Assembly: GCF_009914755.1 (NCBI RefSeq)
Contig: NC_060933.1
Strand: one strand, 5' to 3'
Length of the DNA stretch: 64,000 bases
Source: the human T2T-CHM13v2.0 reference genome, Homo sapiens
Below the pieces are notes generated by a model that was given only the letters and a program-made list of their open reading frames with translations, made no database searches and was not told where the DNA came from. Below are positions 1-13,551 of this stretch, piece by piece (position 1 is the first letter of the stretch; every line of letters starts with the position of its first letter). The translations under genes were made by a program, and so were the position numbers.

Positions 1-90
1 GGAATGGAATGGAATGGAATGGAATGGAATGGAATGGAATGGAATCAACGCGAGTGCAGAGGAATGGAATGGAATGGAATGCAATGGAAT

Positions 91-105
91 GGAATCTTCC
101 GGAAT
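91..105. promoter_or_regulatory. Perfect three-box heat-shock element gGAAtcTTCcgGAAt (first of ~37 copies)
   Basis: ggaatcttccggaat matches nGAAnnTTCnnGAAn exactly. Motif match only; binding at this site is not shown. Confidence 0.6.
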
Positions 106-360
106 GGAATGGAATGGAATGGAATGGAATCAACCCGAGTGCAATGGAATGGAGTGGAATGGAATGGAATGGAATGGAACAACCCGAATGGAATGGAATG
201 TAATGGAGAGTAAGGGAGTTGAATAGAATCAATCCGAATGTAATGGAATGGAATGCAACGGAATGGAGTGGAATGGAATGGAATCAACCCGAGTGCAGGG
301 GAATTGAATGGAATGGAATGCAATGGAATGGAATCATCCGGAATGGAATGGAATGGAATG

Positions 361-585
361 GAATGCAAAGCAATGGAATCAACTCGATTGCAATGGAATG
401 GAATGGAATGGAAAGGAATACATTGGAATCAACCCGAGTGGAATGGAATGGAAAGGACTGCAATGGAGTGGAATGGAATGGAATGGAATGCAAAGCAATG
501 GAATCAACTCGATTGCAATGGAATGGAATGGAATGGAAAGGAATACATTGGAATCAACCCGAGTGGAATGGAATGGAAAGGACTG
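361..585 (+). repeat. 125-bp tandem duplication
   Basis: caaagcaatgg...ggaatacattgg...ggaaaggactg occurs twice, with caaagc at 366 and 491. Confidence 0.85.
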
Positions 586-1497
586 GAATGGAGTGGAATG
601 GAATGGAATGGAATGGAATGGAATCAACTCGATTGGAATGGTATGGAATGGAATGGAATGGAATGGAATTAACCCGAATAGAATGGAATGGAGTGGAATG
701 GAACGGAATGGAATGGAATGGAATGGAATGGAATGGAATGGAATGGAATGCAATGGAATGGAATCAACCCGAGTGCAATCGAATGGAATCGAATGGAATG
801 GAATGCAATGGAATGGATTCAACTTGAATGGAATTGAAAGAATGGAATCAACACGAGTGGAAGGGCATGGATTGGAATGCAATGGAATGGAATCAACCCG
901 AGTACAGGGGAATGGAATGGAATGGAATGCAATGGAATGGAATCATCCGTAATGGAATGGAAAGGAATGGAATGGAATAGAATGGAATGGAATGGAATAA
1001 ACACGATTGCAATAGAATGGAATGGAATGGAATTAACCCGAATAGAATGGAATGGAATGGAATGGAACGGAACGGAATGGAATGGAATGGAATGGAATGG
1101 AATGGAACGGAATGGAATGGAATGGAATGGAATGGAATCAACGCGAGTGAAGGGGAATGGAATGTAATGGAAGGCAATGGAACGGAATCTTCCGGAATGG
1201 AATGGAATGGAATGGAATGGAATCAACCCGAGTGCAATGGAATGGAGTGGAATGGAATGGAATGGAATGGAACAACCCGAATGGAATCGAATGTAATGGA
1301 GAGTAAGGGAGTTGAATAGAATCAATCCGAATGTAATGGAAAGGAATGGAACGGAATGGAATGGAATGGAATGGAATGCAATGGAATGGAATCAACCCGA
1401 GTGCAATGGAATGGAGAGGAGTGGAATGGAAAGGAATGGAATCAACCCGAGTGGAATGGCATGGAATGGAATGGAATGGAATGGAATGGAATGGAAT

Positions 1498-1595
1498 GGT
1501 TCGGAATAGAATGGATTGGAACAAAATGGAATGGAATGGAATGGAATGGAATGGAATGGAATGGTTCGGAATAGAATGGATTGGAGCAAAATGGA
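1498..1595 (+). repeat. 65-bp tandem duplication of the rare ggttcggaatagaatggattgg module
   Basis: The module starts at 1498 and at 1563. Confidence 0.8.
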
Positions 1596-4500
1596 ATGGA
1601 ATGGAATGGGATGGAATGGAATGGAATGGAATGGAATGGAATCAAGTCGATTGCAATGGAATAGAATGGAATGGAATGGAACGGATTGGAATGGAATGGA
1701 ATGGAATGGAATGGAATTAAATGGAATGGAATGGAATGGAATCAACCCGAGTGCAGGGGAAAGGAATGGAATGGAATGCAATGGAATGGAATGGAATGGA
1801 ATCAACTCGAGTGGAAAGGAATGGAATGGAATGGAAAGGAATGGAATGAAGTCAACTCGAGTGGAATGGAATGGAATGGTATGGATTGGAATGGATTGCA
1901 ATGGAATGAAACGGAATGGAATGGAATGGAATCAATCATTCCGAGTGGAATGGAAGGGAATCTAATGGAGTGGAAAGAAGGGAATGGAGTCAACCCGAGT
2001 GGAATGCAAGGCAATGGAATGGAATGGAAAGGAATGGAGTGGAATCAACTCGATTGCAATGGAATGGAATGGAATGGAATGGAATGGAATGGAATGGACT
2101 GGAATGGAATTAACCGGAATAGAATGTAATGGAATGGAATGGAACGGAATGGAATGGAATGGAAGGGAATGGAATCAACACGAGTGCAGGGGAATGGAAT
2201 GGAATGGAATGCAATGGAATGGAATCATCCGGAATGGAATGGAATGGAATGGAATCAACTCCATTGCAATGGAATGGAATGGAATGGAATGGAATAGAAT
2301 GGAATGGAATTAACCCGAATAGAATGGAATGCAATAGAATGGAATGCAACGGAACCGAATGGAGTGGTATGGAATGGAATGAAATCAACCCGAGTGGAAT
2401 GGAAGGGAATGGAATGGAATGGAAACCAATAGAATAGAATCAACCCGAGTGGAATGGAATGGAAAGGACTGGAATGGAAAGGAATGGAATGGAATGGAAT
2501 GGAATGGAATGGAATGGAATCAACGCGAGTGCAGGGGAATGGAATGCAATCGAATGGAATGGAATGCAATGGAATGGAATCAACCCGAGTGCAGGGGAAT
2601 GGAATGGAACGGAATGCAATGCAATGGAATCATCCGGAATGGAATGGAAAGGAATGGAATGGAATCCTCCCGAGTGTAATGGAATGGAGTGGAATGGAAT
2701 GGAATCGAATGGAACAACCCGAATGGAATGGAATGTAGTGGAGAGTAAGGGAGTTGAAAGGAATCAATCCGAATGTAATGGAATGGAATGGAACGGAATG
2801 GAATGGAATGGAATGGAATGTAATGCAATGGAATGGAATCAACCCGAGTACAATGCAATGGAATGGAATGGAATGGAATGGAATGCAATGGAATGGAATC
2901 TTCCGGAATGGAATGGAATGGAATGGAATGGAATGCAATGGATTCAACTCGATTGCAATGGAATGGAATAGAATGGAATGGAATGGAATGGAATTAAACC
3001 GAATAGAATGGAATGGAATGGAATGGAATGGAACGGAACGGAACGGAACGGAACGGAAAGGAGTGGAAAGGAATGTAATGGAATTGTATGGAATGGAATG
3101 GCAAGGTACGGAATGGAATGGAATGGAAAGAATTGGAATGGAATGGAATCGAATGGAATGGAATGGAATGGAATGGAATGGAATCAACCCGAGTGCAGGG
3201 GAATGTAATGGAACGGAATGCAATGGAATGAAATCATCCGGAATGGAATGGAATGGAATGGAATGGAATGGAATTGAATGGAATCAACCCGAGTGCAATG
3301 GAATGGTGTGGAACGGAATGGAATGGAATGGAACAACCCGAATGGAATGGAATGTAATGGAGAGTAAGGGAGTTGAATAGAATCAATCCGAATGGAATGG
3401 AATGGAATGGAATGGAATGGAATGGAATGGAATGGAATGCAATGGAATGGAATCAACACGAGTACAATGGAACGGAATGGAATGTAATGGAATGGAATGG
3501 AATGGAATGGAATGGAATGGAATCAACCCGAGTTCAATGGAATGGAGATGAATGGAATGGAATGGAATGGAAACTACCCGAATGGAATGGAATGTAATGG
3601 AGTATAAGGGAATTGAATAGAATCAATCCGAATGGAATGGAATGGAATGGAACGCAATGTAATGGAATGGAATGGAATGGAATCAACCCGAGTGCAGGGG
3701 AATGGAATGGAATGGAATGCAATGGAATGGAATCATCCGGAATGGAATGGAATGGAATGCAATGGAATGGAATGGAATGGAATCAACCCGAGTGCAATGC
3801 AATGGAGTGAAATGGAATGGAATGGAATGGAAACAACCAGAATGGATTGGAATATAATGGAGTGTAAGGGAGTTGAATAGAATCAATCCGAATGTAATGG
3901 AATGGAATGGAACGGAATGGAATGGAATGGAATGGAATGGAATGGAATGGAATGCAATGGAATGGAATCAACCCGAGTGCAATCGAATGGAATCGAATGG
4001 AATGGAATGCAATGGAATGGATTCAACTTGAATGGAATGGAAAGAATGGAATCAACACGAGTGGAAGGTCATGGATTGGAATGGAATGGAGTGGAATCAA
4101 CCCGAGTACAGGGGAATGGAATGGAATGGAATGCAATGGAATGGAATCATCCATAATGGAATGGAAAGGAATGGAATGGAATGGAATGGAATGGAATGGA
4201 ATGGAATGGAATGGAATCAACACGATTGCAATGGAATGGAATGGAATGGAATTAACCCGAATAGAATGGAATGGAATGGAATGGAACAGAACGGAATGGA
4301 ATGGAATGGAATGGAATGGAATGGAATGGAACGGAACGGAACGGAACGGAACGGAATGGAATGGAATGGAATGGAATGGAATGGAATGGAATCAACGCGA
4401 GTGCAGGGGAATGGAATGGAATGGAAAGCAATGGAATGGAATCTTCCGGAATGGAATGGAATGGAATGGAATGGAATGGAATGAAATGCAATGGATTCAA

Positions 4501-4799
4501 CTCGATTGCAATGGAATGGAATAGAATGGAACGGAATGGAATGGAATGGAATTAACCCGAATAGAATGGAGTGGAATGGAATGGAACGGAATGGAATGGA
4601 ATGGAATGGAATGGAATGGAATGGAATGGAATGGAATGGTACGGAATAGAATGGAATGGAACGAATTGTAATGGAATGGAATTGAATGGAATGGAATGGA
4701 ATGGAATGGAATCAACGCGAGTGCAGGGGAATATAATGGAACGGAATGTAATGGAATGGAATCATCCGGAATGGAATGGAATGGAATGGAATGGAATGG

Positions 4800-6735
4800 A
4801 ATCAACCCGAGTGCAATGGAATGGAGTGTAATGGAATGGAATGGAATGGAACAACCCGAATGGAATGGAATGTAATGGAGATTAAGGGAGTTGAATAGAA
4901 TCAATCCGAACGTAATGGAATGGAATGCAACGGAATGGAATGGAATGGAATGGAATGGAATGGAATGGAATCAACCCGAGTGCAATGGAATGGAGTGGAA
5001 TGGAATGGAATGGAATGGAACAACCCGAATGGAATCGAATGTAATGGAGAGTAAGGGAGTTGAATAGAATCAATCCGAATGTAATGGAATGGAATGGAAC
5101 GGAATGGAATTGAATGGAAAGGAATGGAATGCAATGGAATGGAATGGAATAGAATGGAATGGAACAAAATGGAATGGAACGAAATGGAATGGAATGGAAT
5201 GGAATGGGATGGAATGGAATGGAATCGTTCCGAGTGGAATAGGAGGGAATGTATTCGAGTGGAATGGAAAGGAATGGAATCAACCAGAGTGGAATGGAAG
5301 GGAATGGTATGGAATGGAAACTAATAGAATGGCATCAACCCGAGTGGAATGGAATGGAAAGGACTGGAATGGAATGGAATGGAATGGAATCAACTCGATT
5401 GTAATGGAATGGAATGGAATGGAATGGAATGGAATGGAATGGAATGGAATCAACCCGAGTGCAATGGAATGGAGTGGAATGGAATGGAATGGAATGGAAC
5501 AACCCGAATGGAATGGAATGTAATGGAGAGTAAGGGAGTTGAATAGAATCAATCCGAATGTAATGGAATGGAATGGAACGGAATGGAATTGAATGGAATG
5601 GAATGGAATGCAATGGAATGGAATCAACGCGAGTGCAATGGAATGGAGAGGAATGGAATGGAATGGAATGGAAACTACCCGAATGGAATGGAATGTAATG
5701 GAGTGTAAGGGAATTGAATAGAATGAATCCGAATGTAATGGAATGGAATGGAATGGAATGGAATGGAATCAACCCGAGTGCAATGGAATGGAGTGTAATG
5801 GAATGGAATGGAATGGAACAACCCGAATGGAATGGAATGTAATGGAGATTAAGGGAGTTGAATAGAATCAATCCGAACGTAATGGAATGGAATGCAACGG
5901 AATGGAATGGAATGGAATGGAATGGAATGGAATGGAATGGAATCAACCCGAGTGCAATGGAATGGAGTGGAATGGAATGGAATGGAACGGAACAACCCGA
6001 ATGGAATCGAATGTAATGGAGAGTAAGGGAGTTGAATAGAATCAATCCGAATGTAATGGAATGGAATGGAACGGAATGGAATTGAATGGAATGGAATGGA
6101 ATGCAATGGAATGGAATGGAATAGAATGGAATGGAACAAAATGGAATGGAACGAAATGGAATGGAATGGAATGGAATGGGATGGAATGGAATGGAATCGT
6201 TCCGAGTGGAATAGGAGGGAATGTATTCGAGTGGAATGGAAAGGAATGGAATCAACCAGAGTGGAATGGAAGGGAATGGTATGGAATGGAAACTAATAGA
6301 ATGGAATCAACCCGAGTGGAATGGAATGGAAAGGACTGGAATGGAATGGAATGGAATGGAATCAACTCGATTGTAATGGAATGGAATGGAATGGAATGGA
6401 ATGGAATGGAATGGAATCAACCCGAGTGCAATGGAATGGAGTGGAATGGAATGGAATGGAATGGAACAACCCGAATGGAATGGAATGTAATGGAGAGTAA
6501 GGGAGTTGAATAGAATCAATCCGAATGTAATGGAATGGAATGGAACGGAATGGAATTGAATGGAATGGAATGGAATGCAATGGAATGGAATCAACGCGAG
6601 TGCAATGGAATGGAGAGGAATGGAATGGAATGGAATGGAAACTACCCGAATGGAATGGAATGTAATGGAGTGTAAGGGAATTGAATAGAATGAATCCGAA
6701 TGTAATGGAATGGAATGGAATGGAATGGAATGGAA
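4800..6735 (+). repeat. ~970-bp tandem duplication (2 copies)
   Basis: Shared markers gagattaagg 4878/5845, ggaatcgttcc 5221/6193 and gaatgaatcc 5721/6688 give offsets of 967-972. Confidence 0.9.
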
Positions 6736-9700
6736 TGGAACGGAATGTAATGTAATGGAATGGAATGGAATCAACTCGATTGCAATCGAATGGAATGGAA
6801 TGGAATTAACCCGAATAGAATGGAATGGAATGGAATGGAACCGAACGGAATGGAATGGAATGGAATGGAATGGAATGGAATGGAACCGAACGGAATGGAA
6901 TGGAATGGAATGGAATGGAATGGAATCAACTCGAGTGCAGGGGAATGGAATGGAATGGAATACAATGGAATGAATCTTCCGGAATGGAATGGAATGGAAT
7001 GGAGTGGAATGAAATGCAATGGATTCAACTCGAATGCAATGGAATGGAATGGAATGGAATCAAACCGAGTGCAATGGAATGGAGTGAAATGGAATGGAAT
7101 GGAATGGAAACAACCAGAATGGATGGGAATATAATGGAGTGTAAGGGAATTGAATAGAATCAATCTGAATGTAATGAAATGGAATGGAACGCAATGGAAT
7201 GGAATGGAATGGAATCGAATGGAATGGAATGGAATGGAATCAACCGGAGTGCAGTGGAATGGATTCGAATGGAATGGAATGGAGTGGAATCGATTCAACT
7301 TGAATGGAATGGAAAGAATGGAATCAACACGAGTGGAATGGATTGGAATGGAATGGAATGGAATGGAATGGAATGGTTCGGAATAGAATGGATTGGAACA
7401 AAATGGAATGGAATGGAATGAAATGGAATGGAATGGAATGGAATGGAATGGAATGGAATCAAGTCGATTGCAATGGAATAGAATGGAATGGAATGGAACG
7501 GATTGGAATGGAATGGAATTGAATGGAATGGAATGGAATTAAATGGAATTGAAAGGAATGGAATCAACCTGAGTGCAGGGGAAAGGAATGGAATGGAATG
7601 CAATGGAATGGAATGGAATCAACCCGAGTGCAGGGAAATGTAATGGAACGGAATGCAATGGAATGGAATCATCCGGAATGGAATGGAATGGAATGGAATG
7701 GAATGGAATGGAATGGAATGGAATCAACCCGAGTGCAATGGAATGGAGTGGAAAGGAATGAAAGGAATGGAACAACCCGAATGGAATGGAATGTAATTGA
7801 GAGTAAGGGAGTTGAATAGAATCAATCCGAATGTAATGGAATGGAAAGGAATGGAATGGAATGGAATGGAATGGAATGGAATGGAATGGAATGGAATCAA
7901 CCCGAGTACAATGGAACGGAATGGAATGGAAGGTAATGTAATGTAATGGAATGAAATGGAATGGAATGGAATGGAATGGAATCAACCCGAGTGCAATGGA
8001 ATGGAGAGGAATGGAATGGAATGGAATGGAAACTACCCGAATGAAATGGAATGTAATGGAGTGTAAGGGAATTGAATAGAATCAATCCGAATGGAATGGA
8101 ATGGAATGGAACGGAATGTAATGGAATGGAATGGAATGGAATCAAACACGAGTGCAGGGGAATGGAATGGAATGGAATGCAATGGAATGGAATCATCCGG
8201 AATGGAATGGAATGGAATCATCCTGAATGGAATGGAATGGAATACAATGGAATGGAATGGAATGGAATCAACCCGAGTGCAATGGAATGGAGTGAAATGG
8301 AATGGAATGGAATGGAAACAACCAGAATGGATTGGAATATAATGGAGTGTAAGGGAATTGAATAGAATAAATCTGAATGTAATGAAATGGAATGGAACAG
8401 AATAGAATTTAATGGAATGGAATGGAATGGAATGGAATGGAATGGAATGGAATCAACCCGAGTGCAATCGAATGGAATCGAATGGAATGGAATGCAATGG
8501 AATGGATTCAACTTGAATGGAATGGAAAGAATGGAATCAACACGAGTGGAATGGCATGGATTGGAATGGAATGGAATGGAATCAACCCGAGTACAGGGGA
8601 ATGGAATGGAATGCAATGGAATGGAATCATCCCTAATGGAATGGAAAGGAATGGAATGGAATGGAATGGAATGGAATGGAATGGAATGGAATAAACTCGA
8701 TTGCAATCGAATGGAATGGAATGGAATTAACCGAATAGAATGGAATGGAATGGAATGGAACGGAACGGAATGGAATGCAATGGAATGGAATGGAATGGAA
8801 TGGAATGGAACGGAAAGGAAGGGAATGGAATGGAATAGAATGGAATGGAATGGAATCAACGCGAGTGCAGGGGAATGGAATGGAATGGAATGCAATGGAA
8901 TGGAATCTTCCGGAATGGAATGGAATGGAATGGAATGGAATCAACCCGAGTGCAATGGAATGGAGTGGAATGGAATGGAATGGAATGGAACAACCCGAAT
9001 GGAATGGAATGGAATGGAGAGTAAGGGAGTTGAATAGAATCAATCCGAATGTAATGGAATGGAATGGAACGGAATGGAATGGAATGGAATGGAATGGAAT
9101 GCAATGGAATGGAATCAACCCGAGTGCAATGGAATGGAGAGGAATGGAATGGAATGGAATGGAAACTACCCGAATGGAATGGAATGTAATGGAGTGTAAG
9201 GGAATTGAATAGAATCAATCCGAATGGAATGGAATGGAATGGAACGCAATGGAATGGAATGGAATGGAATGGAATGGAATGGAATGGAATGAAATGGAAT
9301 GGAATCAACCCGAGTGCAATCGAATTTAATCGAATGGAATGGAATGCAATGGAATGGATTCAACTTGAATGGAATGGAAAGAATGGAATCAACACGTGTG
9401 GAATGGCATAGATTGGAATGGAATGGAATGGAATCAATCCGAGTACAGAGGAATGGAATGGAATGGAATGCAATGGAATGGAATCATCCGTAATGGAATG
9501 AGAAGGAATGGAATGGAACGGAATGGAATGGAATGGAATGGAATGGAATGGAATCAACTCGATTGCAATCGAATGGAATGGAATGGAATTAAGCCGAATA
9601 GAATGGAATGGAATGGAATGGAACGGAACGGAATGGAATGGAATGGAATGGAACGGAACGGAACGGAATGGAACGGAACGGAATGGAATGGAATGGAATG

Positions 9701-12700
9701 GAATGGAATGGAATGGAATCAACGCGAGTGCAGGGGAATGGAATGGAATGGAATGCAATGGAATGGAGCCTTCCGGAATGGAATGGAATGGAATGGAATG
9801 CAATGGAATGGAGTCTTCCGGAATGGAATGGAATGGAATGGAATGAAATGCAATGGATTCAACTCGATTGCAATGGAATGGAATAGAATGGAATGGAATG
9901 GAATGGAATGGAATTAATCCGAGTAGAATGGAATGGAATTGAATGGAACGGAATGCAACGGAATGGAATGGAATGGAATGGAATGGAATGGTATGGAATG
10001 GAATGGAATGGTACGGAATAGAATGGAATGGAACGAATTGCAATGGAATGGAATTGAATGGAATGGAATAGAATGGAATGGAATCAACGCGAGTGCAGGG
10101 GAATGTAATGGAACGGAATGCAATAGAATGGAATCATCCGGAATGGAATGGAATGGAATGGAATGGAATGGAATCAACCCGAGTGCAATGGAATGGAGTG
10201 GAGTGGAATGGAATGGAATGGAACAACCCGAAGGGAATGGAATGTAATGGAGAGTAAGGGAGTTGAATAGAATCAATCCGATTGTAATGGAATGGAATGC
10301 AACGGAATGGAATGGAATGGAATGGAATGGAATGGAATGCAATGGAATGGAATCAACTCGAGTACAATGGAATGCAATGGAATGGAATGGAATGGAATGG
10401 AATGGAATGGAATGGAATGGAATAGAATGGAATGGAATTGAATGGAAAGGAAAGCCTTCAAACCGAATGGAATGGAAAAGAATGGAATCAACACGAGTGG
10501 AATGGAATGGAATGGAATGGAATGGAATGGAATGGAATGGAACGGAATAGAATGGAATGGAACGAACTGGAATGCAATGGAATGGAATGGAATGGAATGG
10601 AATGGAATGGAATCGTTCCGAGTGGAATATTAGGGAATGTATTCGAGTGGAATGGAAAGGAATGGAATCAACCAGAGTGGAATGGAAGGGAATGGAATGG
10701 AATGGAATGGAATTAACCCGAATAGAATGGAATGGAATGGAATGGAATCAACTCGATTGCAATGGAATGGAATGGAATGGAATTGAATCGAATGGAATGG
10801 AATGGAATTAACCGGAATAGAATGGAATGGAATGGAATGGAACGGAATGGAATGGAATGGAATGGAATGGAATGGAATGGAATGGAATCAACCCGAGTGC
10901 AGGGGAAAGGAATGGAATGGAATGCAATGGAATGGAATCTTCCGGAATGGAATGGAATGGAATGGAATGGAATGAAATGCAATAGATTCAACTCGATTGC
11001 AATGGAATGGAATAGAATGGAATGGAATGGAATGGAATGGAATTAACCCGAATAGAATGGAATGGAATGGAATGGAACAGAATGGAACGGAATGGAATGG
11101 AATGGAATGGAATGGAATGGAATGGAATGCTATGGAATGGAATGGAATGGTACGTAATAGAATGGAATGGAACGAATTGTAATGGAATGGAATTGAATGG
11201 AATGGAATGGAATGGAATGCAATCAACGCGAGTGCAGGGGAATGTAATGGAACGGAATGCAATGGAATGGAATCATCCGGAATGGAATGGAATGGAATGG
11301 AATGGAATGGAATGGAATCAACCCGAGTGCAATGGAATGCAGTGGAATGGAATGGAATGGAATGGAACAACCCGAATGGAATGGAATGTAATGGAGAGTA
11401 AGGGAGTTGAATAGAATCAATCCGAATGTAATGGAATGGAATGCAACGGAATGGAATGGAATGGAATGCAATGGAATGGAATGGAATGGAATGCAAAGGA
11501 ATGGAATCAACCCGAGTGGAATGGCATGGAATGTAATGCAATGGAATGGAATGGAATCGAATGGAATCAACTCGAGTGGAAAGGAATGGAATGGAATGGA
11601 AAGGAATGGAATGAAATCAACTCGAGTGGAATGGAATGGAATGCAATGGATTGGAATGGATTGCAACGGAATGAAATGGAATGGAATGGAATGGAATCAA
11701 TCATTCCGAGTGGAATGGAAGGGAATGTAATGGAGTGGAAAGAAGGGAATGGAATCAACCCGATTGGAATGCAAGGCAATGGAATGGAATGGAAAGGAAT
11801 GGAATGCAATCAACTCGATTGCAATGGAATGGAATGGAATGGAATTAACCGGAATAGAATGGAATGCAATGGAGTGGAACGGAATGGAATGGAATGGAAG
11901 GTAATGGAATCAACACGAGTGCAGGGGAATGGAATGGAATCGAATGCAATGGAATGGAATCATCCGGAATGGAATGGAATGGAATGGAATCAACTCCATT
12001 GCAATGGAATGGAATGGAATGGAATGGAATAGAATGGAATGGAATTAACCCGAATAGAATGGAATGCAATAGAATGGAATAGAACGGAACCGAATGGAGT
12101 GGAATGGAATGGAATGGAATCAACCTGAGTGCAGGGGAATGGAATGGAATGGAATGCAATGGAATGGAATCATCCGGAATGGAATGGAATGGAATGGAAT
12201 GGAATCAAACCGAGTGCAATGGAATGGAGTGAAATGGAATGGAATGGAATGGAAACAACCAGAATGGATTGGAATATAATGGAGTGTAAGGGAATTGAAT
12301 AGAATCAAGCTGAATGTAATGAAATGGAATCGAACGGAATGGAATGGAATGGAATGGAATCGAATGGAATGGAATGGAATGGAATAAACCCGAGTGCAAT
12401 GGAATGGATTCGAATGGAATGGAATGGAGTGGAATGGATTCAACTTGAATGGAATGGAAAGAATGGAATCAACACGAGTGGAATGGCATGGAATGGAATG
12501 GAATGGAATGGAATGGAATGGAATGGAATGGAATGGTTTGGAATAGAATGGATTGGAACAAAATGGAATGGAATGGAATGGAATGGAATGGAATGGAATG
12601 GAATGGAATCAAGTCGATTGCAATGGAATGGAATGGAATGGAATGGAATGGAATGGAATCAAGTCGATTTCAATGCAATAGAATGGAATGGAATGGAACG

Positions 12701-13521
12701 GATTGGAATGGAATGGAATGGAATGGAATTGAATGGAATGGAATTAAAAGGAATCGAAAGGAATGGAATCAACCCGAGTGCAGAGGAAAGGAATGGAATG
12801 GAATGGAATGGAATGGAATGGAATGGAATGGAATCAACCCGAGTGGAATGGCATGGAATGGAATGCAATGGAATGGAATGGAATGGAATCAACTCGAGTG
12901 GAAAGGAATGGAATGGAATGGAAAGGAATCGAATGAAATCAACTCGAGTGGAATGGAATGGAATGGAATGGATTGGAATGGATTGCAATGGAATGAAATG
13001 GAATGGAATGGAATGGAATCAATCATTCCGAGTGGAATGGAAGGGAAGGTAATGGGGTGGAAAGAAGGGAATGGAATCAACCCAAGTGGAATGCAAGGCA
13101 ATGGAATGGAATGGAAAGGAATGGAATGGAATCAACTCGATTGCAATGGAATGGAATGGAATGGAATGGAATGGAAAGGAATGGAATGGAATGAAATGGA
13201 ATGGAATGGAATGCAATGGAATGGAATCAACCCGACTGCAATCGAATGGAATCGAATGGAATGGAATGCAATGGAATGGATTCAACTTGAATGGAATGGA
13301 AAGAATGGAATCAACACGAGTGGAATGGCAGGGATTGGAATGGAATGGAATGGAATCAACCCGAGTACAGGGGAATGGATTGGAATGGAATGCAGTGGAA
13401 TGGAATCATCCGTAATGGAATGGAAAGGAATGGAATGGAATGGAATGGAATGGAATCAACTCGATTGCAATTGAATGGAATGGCATGGAATTAACCCGAA
13501 TAGAATGGAATGGAATGGAAT

Positions 13522-13551
13522 GGAACGGAACGGAACGGAACGGAACGGAAC
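13522..13551 (+). repeat. (GGAAC)6 variant micro-tract; similar (GGAAC)5 tracts at 3030 and 4328
   Basis: Read directly from the sequence. Confidence 0.85.

Noticed and set aside
3030-3060. EWS-FLI1-type (GGAA)n microsatellite
   Set aside because: The period is 5 (GGAAC/GGAAT), not contiguous GGAA tetramers.
5335-6255. Minus-strand IPFHS-repeat ORFs (306 aa and others)
   Set aside because: Translation artefact of (ATTCC)n.
11902-11912. DUX4-like motif TAATGGAATCA
   Set aside because: Only one instance noticed. It is one substitution from the ubiquitous GAATGGAATCA and is expected by chance.
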